A stretch of 64,000 bases of DNA from Mobula hypostoma (lineage: Eukaryota): NCBI RefSeq assembly GCF_963921235.1, contig NC_086100.1, positions 199,270,001-199,334,000 on the forward strand, read 5' to 3'. The notes beneath the pieces are model-generated. The model worked only from the letters and a program-made list of their open reading frames with translations, was not told where the DNA came from and did not search any database. The position numbers were made by a program, and so were the translations under genes. How positions within the stretch are numbered: position 1 is the stretch's first letter; every line of letters begins with the position of its first letter. This document shows positions 12,135-24,100 of this stretch, piece after piece.

Positions 12135-13272
12135 CCTCATTTGTCTACATTCTATGTTACACAAACTGCACACGTGGGGGAACCTCAGTGCAGGGACGCC
12201 ATAGTAATCATTCATCAGCTTGGGTTTTGGCAATCCCTTCTTCACCGATCGTTTAATTCCATGAGAACTCTCATCTCGAGAAGACTCCATCTGATAATTC
12301 TGAGACGGGCGCTTGAAATCTTCATTCCAGGTACCCTCCCTCAGCGTTTCGCGACTGTAACGCATGCTTGGGCTCTCCACGGGTCTATCCCGATAGTCAT
12401 ACTGCTGACCGTGCCCGTAATCAACCACACTGCTCTGGACCGCTTCCCTTCTGTAGTCTTTGTCCTGGAGCTTATATGGCTGACTGTAACTGCTTGACGA
12501 CTGCTGCTTATTCATCTTCCGCATTCTAATTTCTCTTAAGATGTATGGCATGTTTTCTGGAGTAAGCTTCTCATCTGGGTAACGACTTAGCTCTTCTAGG
12601 TCTTCATTAGACAGGCCAAAGTTTGCTAGGATATTAGAAGCCTTCATTGTGTCATGAAAAAGCTGAACTGCAGATCTCTGGTCTCCACTTTGAGATGAAG
12701 AGGTTGTGGCACTCCCATATCCAGGCCGATAACCTCCAGATGATGGGCTCTGGTAGGAAGGCCACTGACCTAAGCCTACATTATTCCCCGATTGATTCAT
12801 CATTCCCATGTTCATTCCACTGTAGTTGCCAGGTGATGCTCCTTGAGCTCCCAATCCCATTCCTCGTCCTGCAGCTCCAGCTCCTCCTGCCATATAGGTT
12901 CCAGGAGCATTCATAGTATACTGGCTGGCCGAACCTTGATTCTGCCCAAACTGGGTGGTAGGTCTCTGCATTTGCCCAAATTGATTTGCAGGGACCTGAC
13001 TTTGCCCAAACTGGTTTGGAGGGCCCTGATTCTGGCCAAATGGCCCCCTGGCATTGAACATGGACATGTTGATCTTCACAAGAGCTTGGTTCAGAGATGC
13101 AAGAGCGGTATTCGATAAAGTTGTAGAGGCGACAGAGTTCAGCTGCTGTAGGGCCAGCTGGGCTTTAATCTGGGCGAGCTGCAAATTTGCTGAGCCTAAC
13201 AGAAGTGGATTGGTAATGCCGAAGTTCAATGAATTCACTGCTGGAGCACAATTTTCCAAGAATAACGCAAAG
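12135..13272 (-). CDS. ZNF638: ZNF638 (NP220) exon 2, 1138 nt; first in-frame AUG at 13067-13065; N-terminal region and first half of the matrin-type zinc finger
   Basis: Acceptor TTTTAACTTTCAG|C at 13272 and donor ATGAGG|GTGAGT at 12135. Encodes ASNILANFGLSNEDLEELSRYPDEKLTPENMPYILREIRMRKM, VVDYGH and MNDYYGVPALRFPHVCSLCNIEC, which I recognise as closest to ZNF638 within the MATR3/RBM20/ZNF638 family. Confidence 0.9.
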
Positions 13273-14679
13273 CTGAAAGTTAAAACACAAACATTAGATT
13301 TTTACATTTCAGAAAACATTCGCAGCAAAGGGTTTTAAAGCCAGTGATCAACATATTTATGCTTGACAGCTTTAAAAAAGCTAATTTTTTGGCGAGTTAT
13401 AAAATAAATAAAACATAACAAAAAAAGGACAGTTAAATCTGGACATCCGCGTGATGAAATGTGAGTGCCCAAATAAACAGACAACAAAGGAAGCTTGGTG
13501 AAGCACTCAAGACCCCCATACACAGTTTGCAGTACATAACATAATACTAGACAGAGCACTCCAGATAGCTTGTTAAAGAAATTTAAAACAATGACCATGG
13601 TCAAGTTAGACTGAGATCTTCAGGTAAGATCAGAGGTATGATTCTGGAAGGTATTCCAAGTGCACAGCATTATCTTGCACCTTTATAAATGAGCAGACAC
13701 AAAGCACTGTGGTCATTTTAACAATAGTTTGCTGCACAGAATGACTGCTGAAAACAATGCTGAGACGCTCAAAATTATTCTTGAGGAACCATAACGTCCC
13801 CTATTTCATTATTTTGAAAAGGCAATATCAACTATTTCAATCTTTTAAACTGCTATTGTGAATTCTCAAATCAGATCTCTTCTGGGTCCAGCCAGATAGA
13901 TCAATAATCTTATTCTGCAATCGGCCTATTTTATAGTCAGCATGCAATTTAAATACTTCTTTCCACAATGCCCATATAGCAGCATAACTTATGCTCATCC
14001 AGAAACAATCCAGGCTTTCACATACAACCTTCACAACAGCACTAGCATGCTGTGCTTCTTGAATCTGAAATGTTTGGTTCAAGACCAACTAGAGATTTCA
14101 GTGCAGTACTAAAGAAGCTCTAGTCTGTTGAACCTACTTCTGTTAGACAGGGTTAGCGTTGGTGGAAGTTCTTCATAAGAACATCCCTGACAAGGGCTTC
14201 TTAGGGTCACATCATCAAATGGCTTTGGGAGTGAAATACTAGAAAAAACACATCAGGATGTCCAGCTGTAGGCATGCAGGAAGGGTGAAGAAATATGATT
14301 TGTTTTGAAAAACCATTCTCAAATTGTTAGTTATTCCATCCAACAGATAACAGACAGCATACTGTTGTGTTTCTGCTTCAGTGCGACCTGGCTCAGCTGC
14401 TAACATGCTTGAATTCAGAAAACTCCAGCTCGATTTCCTGAAATAAGCTCCAGGAAATAAGCATATAATGTAGGTACCATTTGAATACAGTACTACATTA
14501 TGCAAGCAGTATCCATCAGAAATATTAAACCAAGGAGCCAGATGTACAATTCAATCACAACCACCCTTTAACAATACCCTCTGAACTAGTCACCATTTAC
14601 CCATTATTTGCTGCTGTGGTCACATTTGCCTAATCAGATGCCCTGAAGATATGATTATTTACTTAGAGGCACAGCACGT

Positions 14680-14910
14680 TAAAAGGCCCTTCTGGCCCAG
14701 TGTGCCTATGCCTCCCAATTATAAGCATGTGATCAATTAACCTACTAACCTGTACACCTTTTGGAATGCCGGCAGAACCCGAAACACCTAGAGGGAAACC
14801 CATATGGTCACGGGGAAAATGTACAAACTCCCTGACAGTCAGCGGTTGGAACTGACCATAGGTCATTGGCGCTATAATCGTGTTAGACTAGCCACTGTGC
14901 TGCTGTACTG
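14680..14910 (-). mobile_element. V-SINE (HE1-like); further minus-strand copies at about 22090-22325 and 23165-23350
   Basis: Reverse-complement V-domain (ggaaaccca...tacaaactcc) and tRNA-like head. Confidence 0.6.
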
Positions 14911-16261
14911 CCCAGAAGTTCCTTTCTTGAAAAAAATTGTGAATGACCTGTAAAGTGCATCTTAAAATTGACATTAAAACCTTTAAAATCTTTCCCCAAA
15001 CATTGGAGCCTTCTGACAAAGGTCATACAAATCATTGTTGAAGCTATGTACAAAAAAACACAAACATGTTACTTGCTGCTTGTTCAGCAGTGGATCCAAT
15101 CCGTCTACATTTACTGTTCCCTCAGGAAAGGCATTGTCCAAGATGACCACAACCCGGTCATGGCTTGGAGGCTTGTGTGCCTCAATGACCCAGAGAGTTA
15201 CGTTGGCAGGAGTCAGGACATTGTGTTTTTGCTCTTGGTGGGGTCACCCATGCCAAAGAGGTCAGAGGGTAGATGTCAGACCAAGAGTGGTCCACTAGTT
15301 CTCCAGGTTCAGTGGTTCAGCTCAGGGCCAACAGCCCTAACTAGTAAAACAAAACTGTTACGGAAACAGCAATTAAGAATCCTACATCTGAGAGTGATGA
15401 TATTCCTGAGTCTCCACACAAGACCTGACAGTAGTGAAAACTGACAGGAAGCTACTGACATGAAGAAGAAAGCCTTGAGCATCGCCAGAGATGGAGGAAT
15501 TTCACTGCTGCCCTAAATGTCAATGACTTTACAGCTGCTTGCTCTTGTAGGAAAGGCATAATCAAATACACCTCCCATCCCGTTCATTCTCTCTTCTCCT
15601 CACCCAATTATCCAGCAGCAGATACAAAACATTAAAAACACACACCACCAGCATCAAACACAGTTTGATTATGAGATTCTTGAGTCTCTTCAACAATGAT
15701 GTCTGGCTTTGTGAAATTCAGCTCTGAATGATTTGTTATTTCTCCCCCCTCTCTGCACATTGGGTGCTTGTCGGTCATTTGTTTTAATGGGTTCTATTGG
15801 GTTTCTTTGTCTCATGACTATCTGTCAAATCTCAAGGTTGTATAAAGTATACATACTTTGATAATAAATGTACTTTGAACTTTCATAAATATGAACTTTA
15901 CATCACAATGTTCCTTATCATGGCCCATTGTCTATCTTTGCTGCACTTTCCATGGAACAGTAATTTTACCATTCCTTTCTGAATTGTTATTGCCTTTCTC
16001 TTTGTACTAACCTGATATATTTTGATCTGTATGGACAGCAATGAAAGCAAAGCCTTTTCTCTGGATCTCAGCACACTGCACGTAACAATAATAAACCAAA
16101 TCACATGTAGCGCTACTAATCCAAAATGGAAACAGCTGAGAAAATCACAGATCAATTGTCCTTAAGATGCTTCACTTAAATGGATACAATAGCACGATGC
16201 AAGAGATTCCGCAGTATTGAGCAACACAAAGTGTGTCATTCATAACAGTAAGTAACAATAA

Positions 16262-16706
16262 GTTGGGTGGCCTCCAACCTGATGGCATGAACACCGACTT
16301 CTCTAACTTCCACTAATGCCCCACCTCCCCCTCGTACCCCATCTGTTACTTATTTTTATACACACATTCTTTCTCTCACTCTCCTTTTTCTCCCTCTGTC
16401 CCTCTGAATATACCCCTTGTCCATCCTCTGGGTCCCCCCCCCCGTCTTTCTTCCCGGACCTCCTGTCCCATGATCCTCTCGTATTCCTTTTGCCTATCAC
16501 CTGTCCAGCTCTTGGCTCCATCCCTCCCCCTCCCGTCTTCTCCTATCATTTTGGATCTCCCCCTCCCCCTCCAACTTTCAAATCCCTTACTCACTCTTCC
16601 TTCAGTTAGTCCTGACGAAGGGTCTCGGCCTGAAACGTCGACTGTACCTCTTCCTACAGATGCTGCCTGGCCTGCTGCGTTCACCAGCAACTTTTATGTG
16701 TGTTGC
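16262..16706 (+). mobile_element. Penelope-like element 3' fragment (GIY-YIG C-terminus LQPDGMNTDFSNFH* plus pseudo-LTR)
   Basis: Matches the C-terminus of the GIY-YIG region at 61370-61770 and the copies at 41889-42437. Confidence 0.75.
16608..16643 (+). ncRNA. Minimal type I hammerhead ribozyme in the Penelope pseudo-LTR
   Basis: AGTC-CTGACGA-AGG(gtctcgg)CCT-GAAAC-GTC^GACT: catalytic boxes CUGANGA and GAAA, stem I AGTC/GACT, stem II AGG/CCT, vestigial stem III. Confidence 0.7.
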
Positions 16707-18508
16707 CCACACTAACCCAGCTTGCTTCACAACAGATGATCCTCCAGGCCACATGCCATGCAGTTGAGACCTGCCCTGGAATATATCTATCGACTGAGCG
16801 AGCATTCACAGCTTTCTGGGACAGATATTTTAACTAATTCACAAACTCAGGTAAATCAATTCTCATTTGCGACTTCATAGCTTGCCTTCAATCTAAGAGC
16901 ATGCCATCTGGAGTAAATACTGTTAGCATTTTTGCTAAGTTACTAAACTATTGGAAAGCACAGGAATGAGGTCTGTTTGACAACAGCACAATGATCCAGT
17001 AGAATTTTTGCAAGTCTGGAATTTGTTGGGCTGGCCCATATTTCTATTAACCATACATGTGTTTGCAGTATTGGTCCACAACCATTTCCCTTTAACCCAT
17101 TCCCAGTGAGAGTTATCTTTAGCAAAATATGGGAGAATATTGCACGGTGATCAAAAACATTACATCAAGCAAACCTTTAGATCGAAGCAAATAGATTATG
17201 CAACTCTACATTCGAAAAGAGCAGGTGATGGCGAGATTGTACTGTCAGCAATTGCAACACAACTAGTCAGAATCATAGCTACAGAGCACAGTAAAAGACC
17301 CCGCCATTTCCCCCTCTTTTCAAATGGGAAGAGTATCCCCTCCATTTACCTTATTTAGATCTTGCATTTGTGGCTCAAATTTCTCACCCCAGAAACCAGT
17401 CCTGTAAGTCAAATTCAAATCCATTTATCACATATATTGAAACATAGAGTGAAATGTGTCATTTGCGTCAATAACCAACTCACTCAAGAATGTGCTGATA
17501 GCCCGCTTAAGCGTCTCCACACATTCTGGTGCCACACAGACAGGCCTCTAACTCCAGGATAGATCATTCCTGGGCTTCCAGTCTCTGGCCTGAACTCTTC
17601 AGTCCCTGGTCATGCTAAATCCAAAATATTACATATTCATAATCTGTCATCCATACTAGAGGCTGTAATGCTTGCTATCTCCAGGATGCACTAGTTACAC
17701 ATAGGTATCCTCAGCACCTCCCCAAACCCAGCAGCTCTACCTCCAGGGAAGACAACAGTGCTTGCAGGGGAACACCACCATCTGAAGATTTCCCTGAGGT
17801 GGAAACATACCACTGGCCCTTCACCATCACTGGGTGTACACACTGAAACTCCCTCCACAGCTGCACTGTGGGGACACATTCAACCAGGATAGAGGGGACT
17901 GAGATAGGAAGGAGATCACATCAGAACCGGCAACTCAGTGTCAGTTCAGTCACACTAACAACACCTTGGACAGGAGTCTGACCACTGTCACATCACCTGC
18001 TTACTCCCTAGTGTTTGCAGTTCTGTCCCAAAACAGCAACCTGATCATTGTCCAATCTCTGTTTATCCCCCAGAGTTCCAGAACAGCACCCTGACCAATG
18101 TGTCATCACTTGCTCCCAGGATAGGCTACTCCAGCTGTGATCCAACCAGCTTATATGGTTCAATATTAATTTCCACGTTTATGAATCTCAGGATATCATG
18201 CATTATTAACTATGGCATAGCCAGTTATACAATTTATACACAATGTGCAGATTCTTTATCAAAATGAAATTTAGCAATTTAAGATTGACAAGCAGAGTTC
18301 TTCCAGCATTGTTCTTTGTTCCAGATTCCAAAAACAATAGTGCCTTTTGTCTTCATGCCCAAGTTCTCCATGTTGCTGCACTCCCTAAGAACTGTATAAA
18401 GTCTGTATATCTCATACTTTCTGCCAGTGTTAATACTATTAAATTTATTCACAATTTGTTTGTCCAGTCAGCCAGCTTATGTTCTTAAGCTGTCTATTAC
18501 TAGCCTCA

Positions 18509-18629
18509 CACTTACCATATCCCAATCATTGGATCACAAACAAATTTGGAAATGTTATCCTGAACATCAGAGTGCAAGATAGCATTTCCAAATTTGTTTG
18601 TGATCCAATATTTGGGAGTATGGTAAGTG
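18509..18629. repeat. Foldback hairpin with about 51-bp arms and an 18-nt loop
   Basis: cacttaccata-tcccaatcattggatcacaaacaaatttggaaatgttatc pairs with gatagcatttccaaatttgtttgtgatccaatatttgggagtatggtaagtg. Confidence 0.9.
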
Positions 18630-19241
18630 AAAGGACTATTACTATCTGAAAATGTAGATCTTTTTCAGATTTTATATCTACTCTAGTCTGAAAAACTATT
18701 TGTTACTAGGCTCTATTTGCCTTTAATGATGCCCACATAACCTGTTGCATTATCTTCAATTCTGTCAACTCATCATAAAATTAAAATCCAAGTTTGTCAA
18801 ATCCATGCTAATACTCTTGTATAAACTTAAGCTTATTCAAGTGTATATTAACCACTTGATCGTGATTCTAAGCATTGACCCAATATACACAGAACCATTT
18901 TGTCAACTACCACTAACGATTTTATGCCAGATCAAGGAGAGTGGAATTTTAAAATATGACACTCCATCAGTCTTGAGCTGAGCGCATCTGGTTCATCGTA
19001 AACTCACTAGGCACACTAAAATCTTCTACATTTGCAAAAACTTTGAAACTGACACTCAATTAATTTCAGCTCAATATCTGAGGTTCAAAGATACTGTTAA
19101 GATTCAAAGTGTGCCTGAGGTCACACAGCAGTAATTCTATCTTAACACCGTAGTCCAATATGAAGACAGAGAGAAGAAATTAAACACTTCTTAATGTAAC
19201 CATCAAATTGAAATGGTTCAGGCACAGAGATCAGATCCTTC

Positions 19242-19799
19242 AGAACTAGAGGTCATGGGTTAGGAGGCAAAGGTGAACTTTCAAGGGGAACATGAGAGGG
19301 AACAACTTCAGAGGGTGGTGAGAGTGAAGAAACACAAGTGATGGGTGTGGGTTCCAATTCAATGTTTAGGATAGGTACATGGATGGGAGGGGTATGGAGG
19401 GCTCTGGTCTGGTTGCAGTTTGACGGGACTGGATAGGCTTATAGTTCAACATGGACCTGATGGGATGAGGTGCCTGCTTCTGCGCTGTAGTGTTCAATGA
19501 CTATCCAGACTCCTCTCATAAACCCCATCCCAGTGAATCTGCACCCTCTCCAAAGCAATTTTTGATAGACTATATCTTGTGGCCTGAACTATGTGATATC
19601 CCAGATGTGGATCCACTGTTGGCTGTTCTCCTATTAATACCCCAACACATTTTTAATTCAATTTAAGGTGTTACACAGAGAATGAATCTGAAGAAATTAG
19701 AGAGAATGTGGGAGATTGGGATGGGATGGGTGGAAGTTGGATAATAAGACCATAAGGCATAGGAGCAGAACTAGGCCATTCGGCCTTTTGAGTGTGCTT
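19242..19799. repeat. Arm 2 of the long inverted duplication (partner 1-585)
   Basis: Position 1 pairs with 19799 (aagcacactc/gagtgtgctt); position 585 pairs with 19242. Confidence 0.9.
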
Positions 19800-20280
19800 T
19801 GCCATTCCATCATGGCTGATTTTATTATCTCCCCTCAATGCCATTCTTCTGCCTCCTCCCTGTAATCAAGAACCTATCATCCTCTGCTTCAAATATACCC
19901 AATGACTTGGCCTCCACGTTTGTCTGGCAATGAATTCCAGAGATTCACCATCCTCTGGCTAAAGAAATTCCTCTTTACCTCTCTTCTAAATCGATCTCTC
20001 TGTATTCTGAAACTGTGCATTCTGGTCTTAGACTCAGGAAACATTCCACGTCCTTTCAATATTCAGTAGGTTTTACTGAGACCACCCCCCATCTTCTAAA
20101 TTGTATAGAGTCATCAGTGGTGATAATTGTGGTGATTGTAGTCACTGCTATAAAGTTTTTAAATGTTTTGTGTTACAGGTACAACACTGGGACCCAGATG
20201 CAGTTCCTCCAACAAATTATGTTCCTTTTTTAAATCTATCTTTGTTTTTTTCCCTGAGGCATTGGATGGGCTAAATCAAC

Positions 20281-21171
20281 TGTGACGAAAGTACACATAG
20301 ACTAAGATGTTGACTGTCCTGTGCTATCACCAGTGGGATCAACAGTTGATCTGCTACCTGTCTTCAGGAGAGAGATAAGTAAGACAATGGAGCAGCATTT
20401 GGAAATGTTAATGAGACGAGAGAGATTAACGGAAGGCGACACCGGTCTGGGTATTGTCAAGACTGGTTTGCTGTGAACCTGAACTGTTTGAAGTGATGGA
20501 CAGGTGATACCCCAACAGGGGGATAAAAAGGGACGGGTTCGCTAAGGCAACAGACACCACACGAGACACCACTCATGACACCACGAGGTATCGAGACCCT
20601 GGAAGCGGTGCGCCCCCACAAGTTGGTGGGAGTTTTGGAGGGCTGGTCACGGGACCAGCCGTAGACGCACAGGGTGGAAAGATTCGGTCGGCGGGAACCT
20701 GGTGTGTGTGTCCACCCTTGCCTGGGTGCTGGGTTCACCGCAGAGGAATGATCGTATCTGAAAACGGAGGGGTCACAGTCGGTGACCTCAGAAGACATTA
20801 CAAAGGGCCCACCTGAAAGCTAACTGCGAGAAATATCAAAGGTCTGTTGAATCCGATTTTGAATATCAGCATTCGCTCTCTCTCTCTCCAACGGCACAAC
20901 AACGATTGCTGCGAACTGAACTAAACTGAACTCTGTCACTTGTGATTGAACATTTTACCCCTAGACTGCGATAGAGCTTGATTGATCCTATTATCCTAGT
21001 TCTGTGTACATGTGTGTTTATTCAGTGCTAACCTGTTGCATTTATATCCTTACTATTAGAGTATTGTGTTGCTTATTTCTTTAATAAAACTTTCCTAGTT
21101 CCAGTAATCCAGACTCCAACTGAGTGATCCATTTCTGCTGGTTTGGCAACCCAGTTACGGGGTACGTAACA
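20281..21171 (+). mobile_element. Solo LTR (Gypsy-type), 891 bp
   Basis: TGTGACG...CGTAACA termini, 4-bp TSD CAAC (20277-80, 21172-75), TATA-like gataaaa near 20522, AATAAA near 21083. Confidence 0.85.
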
Positions 21172-24100
21172 CAACCAACATTTGGGTTTTCAACAGCTTC
21201 TGAGATCGAGTTAAATTTGTACTTTTGAGGCGTATTTTGTGCTGTAGGTGAAAACAAGGCCTTGAATTGCCAATGGTAAACTAGTTTTACTATTGTCACA
21301 TGTACCAGGGTACAGTGAAAAACATGTCTTGTATACAGTTTGTACAGATCATTTCATTGCATTGAGCTTCTGTGTCTGTGTTATAGTGCTCTATTATTTT
21401 ATGACTCTAAGTCCAGGTGTGTTTACACGGAAACTGACATTGGCACTAATCTCTACAAACTGACTCTATTTACAATTTCTGCATAATGGCAGTCGATATA
21501 CTGGCAATTAGTAACACTACTCGTGACCACAAAAGTCATTATCTTATTATGTAAAGTCAGTTACACATTTGCTGCTGCTAACCATTTTATACAAATTACT
21601 GCTAGATCTGTCCCTGGACCACATTTTTCCTTTTATTAATCAAAAATACTTGGCCAGTTTAAGTTCAAAATTAAAATGTTCGACAAAACTAATGAAGGAG
21701 GAGTGAAAAACAGTTTGGGAAACTAGATTAAAAGACGAGAGTTGATAAGCAAAGGCAAACATTTTAATGAAAGCCACCATATTCAAGGTAATTGTTTTTC
21801 ATTAATTAAAATAACACTATATAGAAAAGCTGAGTTTCCCAACCTGGGGGTACACAGACTCCAAGGTCAACAGTAAGGCTCCATAGCATTAAAAACGGTT
21901 TATATTATAAAGGGGCTCAATGATGTCAGTATCACAAGCTAAAATATTTGCAAGCATTTTCAGCCAGAGATGCCAAATGAAATCACCCCATAAAGACTCT
22001 GATGTATTCCCCATCACATCATGAAGTAGTTGAATTTACTCTCACACAAAGACAACAGGGTTTAAGATAAACTGCAGTATTTATTTTTTTATTTGTTTCG
22101 AGACCCCTTCCAGCCCAATGAGTCCATGTCACCCAATTACACCTACGTGACCAATTAGCCTACTAACCCAGATGTCTTTGGAATGTGGGCAGAAATGGGA
22201 GCATTCGGAGGAAACCCACACACTCATGGGGAGGACATACAAACTCCTTATTGACAATGATGGAATTGAACCTGGGATATTGAAGGTGTAGTAGCATTAG
22301 CACTATTCACTATGGTACAGTGCCCCTCCTACTGAGGACTATCATCCACTCTGATACAGTGCAGGTGAAACAATAGAAAAAAGAAAAATCCAATTCCTAT
22401 TTTAACTTCATCAGTTTCCTCTCAATAACCAGCAGTGATTGAATGCATTATTATTTGTCCATTTAAGATCAGTTAAACTTCATCCAGAGTAACAGTCCTT
22501 GCCCCATTACAGCTTGTCCAAAAATTAAAGCATAGACCAATTTTGGTTGAGGCAATGACATCAAGATGGCATGTAATGGCGGCGGGGGGGGGGGCACTGA
22601 AATGTTTCATAAAATTGTAAATTTAATTGGAATGAGAGAGGAAATCTACTGGCTGATGTCACACTTCATGGACAGATGATTGCAGCTGTCAAAGTTGATG
22701 TATTAATGTCCCAGACCTACAATGCAGAAGCTGCGCAAGGAAATGTTCGTTGTCAACCTACTTCAGCATCTTCATCAGTGACCTTCCGACTGTGCCCAAA
22801 GTGAGGATGAATGGTGATGATTTGAAAGCTCAGTTCAATTGGCCAACTCCTCAGATAATTAAACAGATAGTGCCAAAGGCACCAAGATCTATACAATGTA
22901 CAAGGATACAGAGCTAGAATAGGTTCAAGACATAGCTGATACTTATGCTACACAAATATGACCATCTTCCGCACAGGGGAGTTGCTATAATCCTCACTCA
23001 CATTTTCTTCATTCCAGAATGGTTCCTGACAATTGGACACTCAACATTAAACAGACTAGTTTTCTTTCTCATATGTACATCAAAACACAGTGAAATGCAT
23101 TGTTTTGCCAATGTCCCAACACAGTCCAAGGATGTGCCCGAGTGTCACCATGTTTCCAACGTCAACATATCATGCCCATGACTAACTAACCCAAATCCGT
23201 ATGTCTTTGGAATGTGGGAAAAAACTGAAGCACTCAGAGGAAACCCACCGGTCATGGGGAGAGGTAACAAACTCCTTACAGACAGCAGCTGGAACTGAAC
23301 CCCATTCGGTGATTGCTGGTACTGCAAAACATTACACTAACTGCTACTACCAAACTGCCCCTGCAGATGCAACTTTACTTTCATCAGAGGGGGAAAAATA
23401 CTTCAGAACAGGTGGACTAATATCAGGTTCAGGAAAAACGCAGCCTGGTATGGGAACACCAATGCCCTTAAATGGAAATTCTACAAAAATGATACGGCCC
23501 AGCCCATCACAGGCAAAGCCCTCCCCACTATTGAGTACATCTACACGGAGCACTGTCGTAAAAGGGCTGTAGCCATCGTCGGGGACCTCCAGCATGTAGA
23601 TCATGCAATGTGCAGTGAGGCACACGTCAATTAGGCATATGGAAAATAATACCCAGTAAAATCGAACATTTTATACAGGAACAAATTGAATCCACTCACC
23701 AGCTGCCTTCTAATCTACTTTAGAGCCACCAGTTCATTGTAATAACTCTATAAAACATCACTGTCCAATAATTCGTTCACCAAAGCTTAACTTGGGGATC
23801 ACCGGGAGCATTCAGAACTAGATCCATCAAAATTCTGATGCAAACTGGGGCAAATTTCCAATAGTAGCAAAAGAGATCCTTGTAAAACTTGTTATGTTGC
23901 AAAAATGATGACATTGGAGTTCAGTCTTCTTGGCCAGCCTTGTTGGTGGTTGTTTTGGTAACTATCCTTTCTCCTCTACATTTGCTGATGGTTGCCAGAT
24001 ACTCAATTCTATTTCCTTAATAATAGTATTGGCAAGGTTGAGTGAATATTCATGCCCGAGTTGATGTGGTAATCACCAGATTAATGGCCAATTCAAAAAT

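Noticed and set aside
12099..13259. Single-exon 386-aa gene starting at TTG, or assignment to MATR3/RBM20
   Set aside because: Bounded by splice sites and continued by exon 3. The FGLSNEDLEELSRYPDE.LTPENMP.ILR.IRMRKM motif fits ZNF638 best. The TTG is an ORF-finder start, although it remains a possible alternative near-cognate initiator.
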